DNA of 54,396 nt, filler included, from Sphacelaria rigidula (taxonomy: Eukaryota): assembly GCA_964200075.2 (NCBI GenBank). It is 4 parts of 4 records of this genome, joined end to end, with 100 filler letters (N's around TTAATTAATTAA, not from the genome) between each part and the next. Parts side by side here need not be neighbours in the genome. Positions count along the whole stretch, not along the records: positions 40,878 to 54,396 come from CAXNAA020002831.1; 3 more parts are not named here. One strand, written 5' to 3'. Every line of letters starts with the position of its first letter. The stretch's first letter is position 1. Shown in pieces: positions 40,778 through 54,299 of the stretch. The notes beneath the pieces are model-generated. The model saw only the letters and a program-made list of their open reading frames with translations. It did no database searches and was not told the DNA's origin. The position numbers were made by a program, and so were the translations under genes.

Positions 40778-40877
40778 NNNNNNNNNNNNNNNNNNNNNNN
40801 NNNNNNNNNNNNNNNNNNNNNTTAATTAATTAANNNNNNNNNNNNNNNNNNNNNNNNNNNNNNNNNNNNNNNNNNNN
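40778..40877. other. Assembly gap linker
   Basis: N run with central TTAATTAATTAA. Confidence 0.97.
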
Positions 40878-40945
40878 ATTATTATTTCCGCACATTAGTC
40901 CGATCTCGCGAACCCGTGGTCACAGACGTAGACTCGCCTTTCCAA
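40878..40945 (-). mobile_element. 3' end of a non-LTR retroelement with an (AAT)n tail
   Basis: attattatt...cacattagtccgatctcgcgaacccgtggtcacagacgtagactcgcctttcca matches 54301-54396. Trinucleotide tails are typical of RTE-type LINEs and their SINEs. Confidence 0.65.
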
Positions 40946-42691
40946 TACCGTCCCTGCTGTTCCTTACAAGACATATTACCCAAAATGAAAATAAGAAGAG
41001 AGATCTATCGAGAAAAAAATACGACGCCGTTTACTCCTCTTCTTGGTATTGTAGCTACAGTACTCCTCTTTGATACCTACAGCACGTCGGAGCGTCGAAA
41101 GCACGGAGTAAAATTGTTTTTTTCCCCCCATCATGTGACAGCGCAGTTCATCCTCGGAGTATTCGGTGGCGGTCCAAGCAGCTGCTTAGGTACCCACTCG
41201 CACATGTACTGTGTTCCACAGCTCCCGTCACTGCAAGAATCTCAAGGAGCAGGTTAACTCTCGTGGCACCCGCATGAACAATCAACGATACTAGAGCGAT
41301 ACCAATATGATTGCAGATACCTGTGTTCCCTGATCTCTAGTCACTGTTGTGCCAGTGAATTATGCCCGATTTCGGGCACTATATACCGGGAAAATGGATC
41401 GAGCAACTACACAGTCAATTGAATGCAGAAGAAATGAAACCTAAATGAGCCAATCAGTATCAAACACAAGTACACGCGTCAGTTGAAATGACGACGGCGC
41501 TCATACAAAATCTGCTATTGCTATAGTACATTCTACAACACACCTGTGACTGACGTTGCTGTATACCTGTACACAGGGTTACAACAACAGGAGGATATAA
41601 GCTGCTGCTCGTGTTGTTGTTGTGCTTGTCTTTCAATCCAACTTCCTCGGCAACGACACAGAGGATTGGACTGCGGTTTGATGCGTGCGCTTCCCACACA
41701 CCAGAACTAGTGAATTTGGCACGAGGTTTCCAAACGCGTGCCGCGGAGGACGCAGCACTTTGCAAACCGCTGCACCAAACACGAAATGTACTAAAATACG
41801 CGTTTCCTCCAACGTTCTGGGGCTTTTCGGATCCGCTCTGACGAAGGGAGCAATCCCGCCGCCGCACTCACTACGTCCAGTATGTGTGCGGGAGGCTGTG
41901 AAGTTCCAGAGGCCGGCTTGCTTCCTGTCTCAAGATAATAGCGATGAATAATTTACAGCGGTCACAGACTAAACCTAGGTAACTTGGAGTGGAGCGTGTG
42001 TTGTGTTCTGCAGAGGCTCGGCACAGGTCCGACCAGTCTATGACGTCTTCAATACGTCTTCAATATCCGTCCGCATTCGTTTTTTTTCTGTTGTGGGCAG
42101 CGGATTTTTGGTCGGTAAGGCCTTCATTCACGGGCATAACTGTAGTAGCTAGCAGGCACGCACGCCCCCTCCTTGCGTTGCTTCACCGCAGGGGAGAGTT
42201 GCGTTAACCAGGCCACCGTCAAGGGTTTGCTACTTGTTTGACACCTTTGCTTGAAGGTCAAGATTCACCCCCCCGCCCCCCGCCCTGCGCATCTAGCTAC
42301 ATCTGTCACCATTTGTCTTCCGTGTATGCTTATGTTCTACGTAGTGTGTCGTTTGTTGTTCCGCTTATGACAGTTGAAAAGTATTGTAGCATTTATGTTG
42401 GCATGTCATGTCGTTCTCCTCAACATGAAACATGTAGAACACAGACAGTGTTCGCTGAAGTATTGTTATTTTCAACAGAGATATCTCTGATGCAGCGGAC
42501 ACACACAGGGATGAGTATTAGAGTCAGGTTGTGTTTTGTACACGGCGGAGGCGTTTACGGGACCATTCGCAGTTTCCCTGTCACTCGTGTGACGACCTGT
42601 CTGTTCTCGCATCCGCCCCTGATCATTCGCTTATCCCCCCACTACCTCCCTCCCCCACCGCCCGCATGCGTGCTATCTGCTGCCCGATCAG

Positions 42692-45600
42692 GCTTTTGAC
42701 GATGCGTTGAGTTCACACAATCGGAAACCCAGCAGCCAAAATAAGGAGGTAAGTGGTGTTGAGGTAGGGCAGTCACGGAATGCTCGCAAACTCGAACGCT
42801 TGGAGCTTTCACAGTGTGCTTGGTGAGAGGGGTGGAAGGGGTGGAAGGGTGTTGCCTGACAAGACCCAGTGTGTTGAAGCGGTTCTGAGAAAAGTCGTTA
42901 TAAGGATGCTCTTGTATCGTTGTGCAGCAGGAATCCTCCCTGAAAAAGACACGCGTAGGAGCGTCTTCATCCAAAGTTGAGTGTTTGATTATTTGGAGAG
43001 TTGTTCTGTCGTGTCTGGAACAAAGAAGATGCGGTATATGTAGGCTTTGTGCCGGGTCTTCAAGGTACCCGCCATGAGGAGTGCGCGAAACTGCGCATGA
43101 CACACATACCGGTGGTACCCTAACCAAATCGTCATGACATGAGGAGGAGAAAAAAAAGACGTAACAGTTCAATGTAGGAACACTCCCTACCCTACGGTAG
43201 AGCGTGTTTGTGTATGTGCTACGTCCTCGCGATGTTGTTCAACGTATGGCAGATGGTACAGCTTTTTCAAGCATCGCCTCCATCCCAAACGGATCCCGCT
43301 GTCCCCAACGCCTCCCCCCATTTCGCATCCATTTGATCATGATCCAGCCGGCCAAGTATACTCTTGCTGCTGCCCAAAACGCTACCACTAACCACAACCT
43401 GGGCCGGCGCTCTATTGAGGGCCCAGGGAGGCAGGGCGCGGGAATCCCAGGACCGTGGGAGCCGGTGGTTGCTCCGCGAGAGGTGGGTCGTGAAAATCAC
43501 CTGAAATCACCAGTCATGTCGAGCCGTCAAAAACGAATAAACAAAATGTATAGTTCATCATTGGGTGACAGTATCAGACCCTTTTCCGTTGACCGCCTGT
43601 GTGGAAGTTTGAGGGTGGTTTTATGCTGACGATCCGGCGAGGCTTCTGGAGGATGGTCTTTTGGTAGGCGTGCACAGGTGCGTGGATGCTGGGTGGACTT
43701 GGGTGTGTGTCAGAACGAGTTGTACAAAAAATATTTTCATCAATAAGAGTACAGCAATTTCGTTTTTGAAAAAGAGGCGTGTTGTGGAGTTTTCACCCTT
43801 TTCATATCATTCTAATGTGTGTGCTGAAAGCGCCGCATATGTATGATTATATGTACGGTTGGTACGGTCACTGCCATTGTTCTGGTTGTACTTAACCGTG
43901 AGGGTCTATGTCCTGGCTGACTGCTGGTCGTAGCTTGTGCGCGAAGGATGATGACGCGTGACGTGTGCGTGGCAATGGTCGTTCTACATGCGAACGATAT
44001 TTCTCTCATTCACAGAAACTCTGCCCAACCTCGTCAAGGGCTCGTCGAACTCGGCGGCGCACACTGGGGGTCCGCAACTGTCAGGATGTTGAGCGAATCG
44101 TGATGCACGTTGCTTGTCTCTGATTAGTGGTCGTCGTAGAACGCCTCTTGCTTCGAAGACGCCCTGCTTAGTTGCGATATGTCTTGCCTGATCAGAAGCA
44201 GTTTGTTACATTGTAAGGGATGCTGCGGTAGCCCCCCCCCCCACTGCAAACAAGGACCAAAACTGTCACGAAGAAAATTGCCATACAGCGCATGATAGGT
44301 GCTTTCAGACTTCATGAAGCCCCTCATACGGGCGACATTGGCGAAAACGACCCAAGCATGGAAATTCGCAGCTGGTCGCTGTGCTCGGCCTTTTTCATTT
44401 AGATTTACACGTAGATTTTCCTCCCCCAATCAAAGATTTTGGGGGGGGAATGCTATCGCGGCATTAGTCTGGCATGCAACAAAAAATCCCGCTAACGTTC
44501 GTGTGTTGGTGGGTAGTGACAGGCACACACCCATACGTAACAGTCTCGGCGAACGCTTGTCCCCTTTTTTTTTTCCCGAGGGGACAGGTGGTTGTGGCGC
44601 CTGTCCTGTGATTTACGCGAAGCAATGGGAACCGGTGATATTCAAGTGCTTGATATAGGGCGATGAAGACAGTCTACTGCCCCTCGGACGACCCTTGTTG
44701 TTGTTGTTGTTACCATAAAAAAACCATCCCGATATCTATGCAGTACCTGCTTACTTCCGTGCTAGGTATCAGATGCGGACGCTTCCCGTGTTCCCAGGCT
44801 CACTACCCAAAGTAAGGTACAAGGGAGAAAAAAAAGAAGTGAAAATAACCTATAAAAATCAACACATACGTGTACACAGCAGTATATATAAACATATGTG
44901 TGTGCAATAGTTGCTCGCTCCCCACGGCTTTATCCGCCCCTTGTCCCCTTCATTTTGCGCTTAATCTATTTCTTGCTATGTGCAGAGTGAGAGAGATGGT
45001 GCTCATCCAAGGGGGTATGCTCCGCATGACGCGGGTCACCGGTGAGTTTCTGTCGCGCTTTTTGTTCAGAGTCGAACACATTTTCTCGATGGATGATCTG
45101 GCGGGTTGGAGGAGAGGGCTCCCCGAGGGGTTGTTCTCATGATTTGGCATGACGTAGTTGTATGACCATTGACCTCGCATCCCATCAAATCAAAGCCAGA
45201 ACCGAGCACGTTGGGTTTTCGCCGGACCAGGTTCGCAATCAATCACCAAGCGCGAAGCGCCGTGATGTCTTTGGCAAGTCGCATGAAAGGTGAGCTGCAA
45301 CCTGCAAAGAATGTTCGGCCCGAACCGTACTGATTATCTTGCATTTGGATAACAGCCTTCAATGAGTTGCTTCATCTTCTGGTATCGCCACTTTCGGAGA
45401 CAGCCACGGGTTACGCATTGCCTCATGGGTGTCTCACTATGTAAACACTACGCAGCGCGATCATCCCCTTTGCGCGGAGTTGAGGTTCTTCCACCCCACA
45501 CAATCTGATATAACCCGACCACCATCATGGTTGCCGCAAAAAAAACCAAGCGATAAAAAAAAACGGCAACCTGGTTGCTTAACTCACACAGTGAGTGGCG

Positions 45601-48600
45601 TGTTATACAGCGTGGTTGCCAACCGACGCCAACCTTGAAGAGGGAGATATGGGGGTGAGGGGACCCGACTGATGCACCCACATATACCGAAAGATGTAGA
45701 CTGGCATCCAGGATAGATGGGATGACATCACACACACACACGTCGCAGTGGTGCTTGTATGCACTCGGTGCGCGAGCCGCACACCTGGTGCGGGTATCTC
45801 TTCCGAAATCGGTGTAACACCGCCGCCGCGTGTATACACGGGACGACTATGTATCGATAGTTCGGAGCATTACGTGACCCAGAAGTGACCACGCTAATTA
45901 TGGATCCGAGGTAGGTGGATCTGACGTGGCGGAACACCGGAGATCTCTTGTCAGCGTGTCGTCACCCGCAACAAGATTCATATACCGAGAACTGGTAGTA
46001 CGTCTCTCTAGTCACCATGATCGCAAGAGTGCACAGCCCCAACACACACGTGCGCACACCGGCATATGCTCCAGCACACGGGGCTTATTTTTTCAATAAT
46101 GACGTGCTCACCACCAAAGATCGAAATCGGGCCTTTTTAACTATCGCGCACGTCGAACAGCTCATGAGCTACTAAGAATAAGTATTGGGAGAGGACCCCC
46201 GCATCCTTTGTCCAAGAACACAAAAAGGATGACATCGGGGTTCGAGGGGCCAAAATGCTATCTTTGCGGTACTTCGCGTACTCGGCGTCCAGCGCTGTAG
46301 GAGGAAAATTTAGCAAAAAGGGCCAAATAAGCTAGCTCATGATCCGTATCAGCATACTGAGGAGAAGTAATATTTAGGTAGCTCGTGAGCTGTCCGATGT
46401 GTGAAATATTCAAATTCCTAGAACGACCAAAAACATACCATACACAGTGTGTCGCGGGATATCTACTATGACAACTCCAATCGAACCACGGAACTCTCCT
46501 GTCGACGCCGGAAACAGGCACGGGCATCCACCACCGCCAGGAGGACATTACGACTACGGCGCACATCACCATTCTTACGGCGTGCCCCGATCGGCGCCCG
46601 GCGCTGGGGGAGGAGGTCGACCCAACGGGGGGGGAGAGGCAGCGTGGGAAAGGCATGGGTTGCCGCCGCCACCGGCACCTCCGCACCCCGGATCGGGCAT
46701 CCACGGTGCTGCATTCCAGGTGGAGACAAAGGAATAGTCTGCTTCAGTTTAGGCGTAGGCAGGGCGGGCGTGTGGTTATTCAACCTTTAGTGCCTCGACA
46801 CGGTCGCCTCCACAATTTTTTTTCAAGCAGTAGTTTTACGAGTGGCGTGGTGTTGTAGTTCGCGAGAGTTCGACTGCGTGAGGCTGTAGAAGATCTTCAC
46901 TGCAACGAGCACTATCTACTAGTAACACGAGAAAGATGAAATCAAGTCGGCCATAAGGCCGCAGTAAGACATGCACGGGATGCCAGTCGGAAAATTTTCG
47001 CGGTCAGATGACTGAAGCACTTCGGCTATTCTTTGAGAACTGTGCACATGTCGGACAGCTCATGAACTACCTCGAAATAACTAGTCGAGGAGAGCTCTCA
47101 GATCAGTTATTCAAGAACTAAAAATAGGTGACAGCGGTCGGCGTCCAGCTCTCTAGGGAGAAAATATTTGAAGAGGGACCAAAAGAGTTAGCTAATGATC
47201 CGGATCAGTACACTAATAAGAAGTAATGTCCAGGTAGCTGTAGCTCATGAGCTGTTCAACGTGTGGAACTGTGGTTTGTTTCTTGTATTAGATGTGTATA
47301 CTCTACTCTGGCGGTCGTTGTTCTCCGGAGATCGTGGTCCTCCTCCGGGGATCGTGCCGTTGGCAAAATTATGCGCATTATCCCCGTCGTTGTCTCGATC
47401 TGTCATGATCATGGTGAGAGTCACTGCGTGTGTTTTGTTGCATTTACATTCATTCTTGAGTGTTTGCAGTAATAATAATTTATGCTCGCGTTTTGCTGTC
47501 TTCCCTTGAACTGGCCTACCTTCCCGCCCTTGTTTCGTGCCCCGTCATGCTGGATCGGCCGGTGGATGATGATCCATGTATGTTGTTTTTGCTTCCGTGT
47601 GGCATTTTTTTTGTCTATTTTCGGAGCAGTCCTTGGATGGGGTGCACGACGACGAGTTGGCTGATCTTCTGCTGGCTTGGTACTACAGGTGATTGCTTCC
47701 CCTGTGCATGCAACACCGTGCAAATTGCTAGTCCCACCCCTCCTGCATTTGTTCACATGTGTGTATTGTCATCCCACCTATGCCGGACGCCAGTCTACAC
47801 CTTTCGGTATATGCTGGCGCATCAGCCGGGGTCACACAGGAGGAAGGTTGACACACAGGGATTCATTTTTTAGTTCTCGTGTCCCGCCTTCCTTCTGCGG
47901 TGCTTACCAATCTTTTTCATCGCCAGAAGACTTCAGCGGCCCATTTCCCTCGTCGACCGTGAAGCCGAAGTCTGTGTACACACGGCCATCGTCGCTCTCC
48001 ACTGTCGGGCATGATGTGAGAAGAAAATCCCAGATCGTCGTGTGACTTCACCAAGATTCGAACCCACGTCCCAACTGTCGGAAGGTTTCGAGGTTACCAA
48101 CTGAGCCACCGGGGCAACCGGCTTGTTGGTGCTTTCCAGTCAAACGCTTTTTCGACATGCCGTTTGAGCACCAACGCAAACAGCCTCAGTCTCAGCCGAC
48201 TGAAGATCTTCTTTCGTCGGCGTCTCAATGGCGCGAGCCCTCGCTCGTGCGAGGGAGCTTTGGGTTCGGGAGTGGCATCCCTGCTTCGATGCCAAGATCG
48301 CGGGTTCTTTGTTTCATCTGAATTATTTGGTATCTCTAGATAATGACATGTCCAATGTGTCTTTCGTATGCTGCACGATTCGGACGAGTCATCGCCGTTT
48401 CGAATGGCCAAATCCACGATTTATTAGACCCCATTGATCGAAAGACAGAAGAGAGTGGACCACTGGTCAAACAAGTCTCCACGCAATTTTTGCGCCATTT
48501 CACGTGCCTGGGCTGCGCGTACCTGGGTTGCAACGCTGGAAACAAAGCGTGAGGATTGACTATTACCGTACGAATCAATCCCACTAATAACACGTAATTT

Positions 48601-50351
48601 TCGGACAAATCATTAATTCGTCCGACCCCTGGTATGCTGTACATGTCTGTCGAATGCCAACCGCCTACAGATAGCCGGGCTTCTTCACACGACTTGCATG
48701 TGATGACAGGACATTGGTATTCGCTTTTTTTTTTTTGCGTTTGTGCTCATTGCAATTCAGTACGTTTGTGCCACCCAACGTAATTTTTCCAGTTTTGAGG
48801 ACAGATTCCGAGAATCTTTTTGATGTGTATGCGTGTGTGTATTGCATATGAGTGTGCTGAACATGTATCATACCCTGGACAATATATGACCGAAATATGC
48901 AATTGACGAGAAGTATACTGCATAAAGTGTTGGCCTATTGCAACTATTGCCGGCCGACAATCGTCGCAGTAGCCCTATACTTTATGCAGTACGTTTCTTG
49001 CCTATTGCAAGTATTGACCATATATTGTCCGAGGTGTGAAATACATGCGTGGATGGACTGTTTTTTCCTGTCAAAAACCACACGAAGGGATGCCGATACA
49101 CCAGATCATTTTTTCATTTTTTTTTCTTCTTCTTGTCCTATATTTTAAGGCGTGCACATGTTGCAGGCAATGTCACCATGATGGGTGGGCACAGGCCAAG
49201 GTTCAGACGTCTAATACCAACCGCGTAAGCTCCCTTAAGCTCTCCGACATCCATCCGACACCCCATTACAGTTGCAGCCCGGAGATGAGAAACGTCAATT
49301 TGGGGTTGAGGCTCAGAGTCTTATTTCGGGCGCACACACCAGCATAAGTTGTGTTTTTTCTTATTTTGAGTTTTCTTATATTTCTGGCCGACCGGATCCT
49401 GTTGATTTTCTTAAATTGTCGTTTTCTTATGTCCTCGATGTGCTGCCTTCGCCACCTCCTCGCTGCACGCAAATCACCCAACGAAAAACACCCCTGCAGG
49501 TCTACAGTGTCTGACTGGCGCTACCCAAAATCAAGAACGTATGCCACTCCCACAAAAAGTACAGTTTAGCAGGGGGGGGGTCTAGATATAGAGGGTACGT
49601 TTCTTGGTTGGGAAGGGGCTCCCCAGTCACCTAGTTTCTTATTTCTTATGCATATTTCAGGTATGTATCCGCGCTGTTTCTTATTTTCATGTTTCTTACC
49701 TTGTCGCCCAGTTTGAGGTGTGTTTCGTAGTCCATTTTTCCTATTTTCCGTGAAAGGCCCAGCCTTATTTTCTCAACTAATTTTCTCTTAATTGCGGGCA
49801 GCGACTGTATTGTTACCCTTCTCATATTGCCTTGCTCTTGTCTAAAATCCCCTGAATCAACTAGCCCTCCCTCCCCACCACCAGCTCAACCTCATCCCAT
49901 CCCAACCCTTTCATCAGACCTGTTCATTGAAATCAACCAACCAACCCATCCCAACCCATTCCCCCACCCTGAACGGATGAATTTCCCCCTGTTGCATGTT
50001 GTTACTCATTTTCATTCCCTCAGTGGATACTATACGGGTCGATTCCGAGCGATGCAAGAGCTCCGATCTGGTCGCTCCCGAGGCCCCCACCCGCCGCATC
50101 CCCCGGCTGGACCGGGGGCGCCGAACGTACCGAACCACTCGGCACTTGGTGGAGTAGCACCAGTACCACCAGGCAGTAGCGAAGGGTGGGGGGAACGGCA
50201 ACAAGCCGGCGCGGGCGGATGGCAAAACGGGTATCATTCTCCCGTTCCGCCTGGTAGTGGGGGGTCTGTGGGGCATTCATCACCAGGTCGGCACTCTGAC
50301 CGCCCCGGGATGCCTGTTCCCTCTTCCGCGGCAAGGAGCAGAGCATCCTGA
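42692..50351 (+). CDS. SMN: Survival motor neuron (SMN)-like protein, 5'-partial; exons 42692-42748, 43348-43482, 44986-45041, 46518-46719, 47630-47688, 50024-50351
   Basis: All junctions are GT-AG and phase-compatible (0,0,2,0,2), giving 278 aa. It starts AFDDAL (tail of the Gemin2-binding motif), has a Pro/Gly/His-rich middle, and reads DDELADLLLAWYYS|GYYTGRFRAMQE (YG-box oligomerisation motif) across the last junction. Confidence 0.82.
44224..44460. mobile_element. Diverged copy of the TA-flanked MITE (in an SMN intron)
   Basis: gcggtagccccccc...ggggggggaatgctatcgc termini, with an interior colinear with 51043-51277. Confidence 0.7.
45140..45468 (-). mobile_element. Right-hand part of the GGTGTACTCAT-family element (in an SMN intron)
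   Basis: Reverse complement of 2945-3556 lacking the ~260-bp segment. Confidence 0.75.
45660..45741 (+). mobile_element. 5'-truncated SINE 3' end with (CA)n tail
   Basis: ctgatgcacccacatataccgaaagatgtagactggcatccaggatagatgggatgac matches the 3' part of the SINE at 37957-38325. Confidence 0.75.
46149..46401. mobile_element. ~250-bp MITE upstream of SMN exon 46518-46719
   Basis: TIRs cacgtcgaacagctcatgagctac / gtagctcgtgagctgtccgatgtg. Confidence 0.8.
47045..47265. mobile_element. Second copy of the same MITE downstream of that exon
   Basis: TIRs cacatgtcggacagctcatgaactac / gtagctcatgagctgttcaacgtgtg. The interior is colinear with 46149-46401. Confidence 0.8.
47750..48122 (-). mobile_element. 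tRNA-derived SINE (in the last SMN intron)
   Basis: A box TGGCTCAGTTGG (48108-48097) and B box GGTTCGAATC (48064-48055). Colinear with 37957-38325. Confidence 0.88.
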
Positions 50352-51042
50352 CGAAAAAGCACGGTTTGTGTGGCTTGTTTGTTTTGGTCAAGTAATGCAC
50401 GTGACGGGATCTAGGCGGGATCCAGGCGGGGGAGCCATTGATCTTGGCGGGGGTGATTCAAGGAAGTTCTGTCGTTTTTTCCCATGTTTTTCGTCTTTTG
50501 TGTTTGAATGGCCGTGGTTGCATGTCTGTGTGGTGTGTGCGTACGTGCGTGTGTTGGTTTCATCATATTACGAACGGTTGCTGTAAGGGCCCTCATAAAT
50601 GTCTACTGCGTTGCGATAATATACACGCGAGGAGTTGTGTATAAAACCATGCGGAGAAGTTTTGCCACAATGGACAAATGGTACACGCGAGAACGCAAGA
50701 GGATGCGAAAAAAAAAAGAAGGAAGACACCATCACGTTTCTTGGTCGGGAAGGGGGAACAAGTGCTTTCTGGATCACGTATTACTAGTGCTTGTGCCTCG
50801 TTTCCTGCAACGTTGGTCGTTGATGGTCCACACAACAGCATTTTCGCGAGTTTGAGCGCGTAGGTCGGGGGTCAAAGGGACAACGTTCTGAAGAGTTCGT
50901 TGGATATATAACCCGAAAGCGAACGAAAGCCTATACGCGGTTCTTGAAAATCGCGACGGGCTACAAACCTACTCTCTTATTTAACGTATGACAAAAGGTT
51001 TTACCTGTACGTATAATCGTAGCCTGCTGAGGACACGTTTTA

Positions 51043-51277
51043 CTATAGCCCCCCCCCCCCAAAAAACCCAGCTAAAAGTGTCACGAGAAAATGACCATAT
51101 AGCGCCTGATGTCCGGGTTCAGGCTGCATGAAGCGCCTCATATAGGTGACATCGGCTACAACGAACCGAACTGTGGGAATTCCCAGCTTCTCGTTGTGGT
51201 CGGTTTTTCCCATTTCGATTTACGTGAAGATTCTGCCTCCCAAAACCATCCATCTTTTCTTTGGGGGGGGGGTATCG
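51043..51277. mobile_element. ~235-bp MITE with TA flanks (Tc1/mariner-type)
   Basis: TA|ctatagccccc...gggggtatcg|TA, with two further copies in the window. Confidence 0.78.
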
Positions 51278-51489
51278 TAGAGTCTCTTGACATGTACAGC
51301 GGCGCATTATGCGAGAAATGTTTCGATGGCTAACATCGTCATTCATCTTACTTTGTTGCCATCTCAACAAAGGGGACCGTTCCCTTTGGTCACTCGTACA
51401 ACTACCTACTCTGTATTTTCATGGTTACGCAGCGTCACTGGAAATAACCCCTTGAACACTGGGGCAGGTGATGTGTTGAACCAGCATCA

Positions 51490-53100
51490 CTACAGACCTT
51501 ACATTCAGTAATGTGAAGTGTTTCATGCATCAATAAACAGCGGGTCCTGAAAGATGGGGTCCATCTCAAAAATGAGGTTGAAGTGGCATTTTTTCTGCAG
51601 GGATGACGCGAAACACCTACGACCGAGCGAAGCCATCTTCCCCCCCAAATGTCCGCAGCAGTTAAGCAGCTGTGGCTGGATGCACTCAACGTATGCGGTG
51701 TACAGGCGTGTCGATGACGATATCACCAGAGAGGAAGCTCCTCACCCGTGTCTTTTGTGTGTCCTCGCTTGGCGATTACCAATCGCTCGACAGACTGGCA
51801 TCGTCGATGTTACCAGCATGTACCCAATTTTCCATGTGCCAGAACATCGAGGTGCGGAGAGATTTCGCCTCTTCTTGCCTGTGGAGCTCACCAATGCGAA
51901 GATCGATTTCTCTTTGCCTCTCTTTTTGGACAGGACGCGCCTCTGTGCGCTGAAAAACGTGTTGGAGAATAGAGCAATGTTCCCGTCACCGCTACTACTG
52001 TTCTGTCACAGACATGCCAGCAAGGACGGTGGTGCGACGAAAACAACAGATACATCCAATTTGAACGTGGGGGGTGTTATTCATCGTTGACTTTACCCGA
52101 AATGTATGTGAGCGACCCTCTGGGTGCCCAACGACAAGAGCGTGCGAGACGCCAGTGAGGGGGAATGCATGCGACATCAAGCACTTGTGGAGACCTTCTT
52201 GGCTTGCGAAGTGAAAAAAGATACCTATGGTGGTGATCTAACCGTTGCGAGCGCGGTGCAGAGGGGTGCGTCCATTCTACAATCCGGAGCACGCGCTGGC
52301 TGCGTGAACACCTCGGTACAATAGCTTTCGAGGATCAATTCCGATGTGACGAGGTCACGTATCACCACCTGGGGCAAGATATGAACCTACAAAGAACAAA
52401 AGTGCTCCATGATCAACCAGTTGTCGTTGCATTTGACACCCACGCCATCAACCTCCGACCGCAAAGATCTTGTGGCTTTCAAGCAACGCTGAAGGCAGTA
52501 CGGCAGGCAAACGCGATCATAGCTAGCTTTCATCGCTCTACTCGACTGGCTGGCGTCTACACAGAGGTCGCCCGGCGTAGCAGCATGTACCAAATTTCGA
52601 AACCTCTGTACAAGCAAAAAAACAGTTCGGTTTTCCCAACTACATAAACATGATTGAAAAAACTCTCGTGGTTTGAGGGAAAGTGGCCGCTTTGGGTCCG
52701 TCCACACGTGCGAAGATACTCTAAGACAGCAATACCAAACTTTCCTGACGTGAGAATGCCGCAATCAGTACAGAACGGAACAGAAATTGACGCTTGTGAC
52801 GCTAGCAGGTTACTCGTACTGCGACGTCTAAATGCCGTAGAGGGACTCCCCAGTTCCACTGGCCTCAAGGCCTCTGTTTTCAGCCTTTACAACATCTTAT
52901 TATTACCGTAGTGGACACCTGCAACCCCGTACCATCAGGCCTGGGCTAAACAGCGGGGGTCATCATCCGCAGGATGCCCTTCTCTCCTAGTCATCATCCA
53001 GGATCCACTATACAATCAACCGTGACGGCGTGATTTCGTCACACGCTTCAACGTTCTTGTTAGAGAGCGACGGGCATCAACTGGTTTGCAGTTTGGAAAA
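51490..53100 (+). pseudogene. Degenerate hAT-like transposase remnant
   Basis: In hAT order with frameshifts: BED-finger-like VKC...SKMRLKWHF...CP; then FDTHAINL..KDL...LKAVRQANAIIASFHRSTRLAGVY (CxxH...FHRS region); then PNFPDVRM (PxxTRW-like). Confidence 0.45.
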
Positions 53101-54299
53101 CGCGGAATTTCATAGAGAACCTGGGTGTTTCCCCGCGAGTGTTACATGCGATTGCAAAATCTCTGTCGTCCTTCTTTTATACCTGGCGGGGGGACAGGAA
53201 ACCCGCAGTTCCTCAGACCACGAGAGTTTTTTCAATCATGTTTTGTTACGGATCGCGGCGTGATGCGGTGGAAGGGGGGCAGTACAATGATGGGCCGTTG
53301 ATTCGGAACGAAGATACGCGCCCGGAGGGCTGATCGCAGGAACTGGCTAGTACCTGCGGTCAGGGGTAAGGATGTTAAGTAATCCGTCAAGACACGGAGT
53401 ACATACAGACATGCCTCTTACATTTGGTTGAATCCGATTCTTTCTAAGAATCGGTGCAACGCTGAGATGACCGTGGTGTTCAGAACGATCTCTCGATAAG
53501 ACTCTGGCTATTAACACCACCAAGGAACAAAATAAATCGAATCACCTGAAGCTGTGAACAAGGATATCCTGACGATCGACGTGTACTGTACTGCGTTGGA
53601 CTGTCTCCCCACGCGCTGTGAACTTACGATTGTTACAAGATCGACGGTGAGACGGTTTGAAGTTTGAATACCGTAGTCCTGCAGATATGAAACGATCGGC
53701 CTGTAGTGAATAAATGAACATGAACGAACTCGTGCACAAATGAATGGCAGTCAAATAATAGGTAGAATGAAAGGTCCCACATGAAACAGTGAAATTCCGT
53801 AATCGTTGACCGAAGTTTTGTTGTTTGCCTAGTTCGGTGATCAGCCGGCACTGTAGAGTTAAGCAAATGCTGACAACAACTGCAGACTGCCGTTTACTTG
53901 TATCAGTTCATGTAGTTGGGAAAACCGAACTGTTTTGCTTATACAGAGGTTTCGAAACTTGGTACATGCTGCTACGCCGGGCGACCTTTGTGTAGACGCC
54001 AGCCAGTCAAGTAGAGCGATGAAAGCTAGCTATGATCGCGTTTGCCTGCCGTACTGCCTTCAGTGTTGCTTGAAAGCCACAAGATCTTTGCGATCGGAGG
54101 TTGATGGCGTGGGTGTCAAATGCAACGACAACTGGTTGATCACGGAGCACTTTTGTTCTTTGTAGGTTCATATCTCGTCACATCGGAATTGGTCCTCGAA
54201 AGCTATTGTACCGAGGTGTTCACGCAGCCAGCGCGTGCTCCGGATTGTAGCATGGACGCACCCCTCTGCACCGCGCTCGCAACGGTTAGATCACCACCA

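Noticed and set aside
41944-42527. Candidate SMN first exons (41944-41978 and 42479-42527)
   Set aside because: Phases fit, but the second contains an in-frame TAG and neither encodes the expected WDDxxLI motif. The real 5' exon was not identified.
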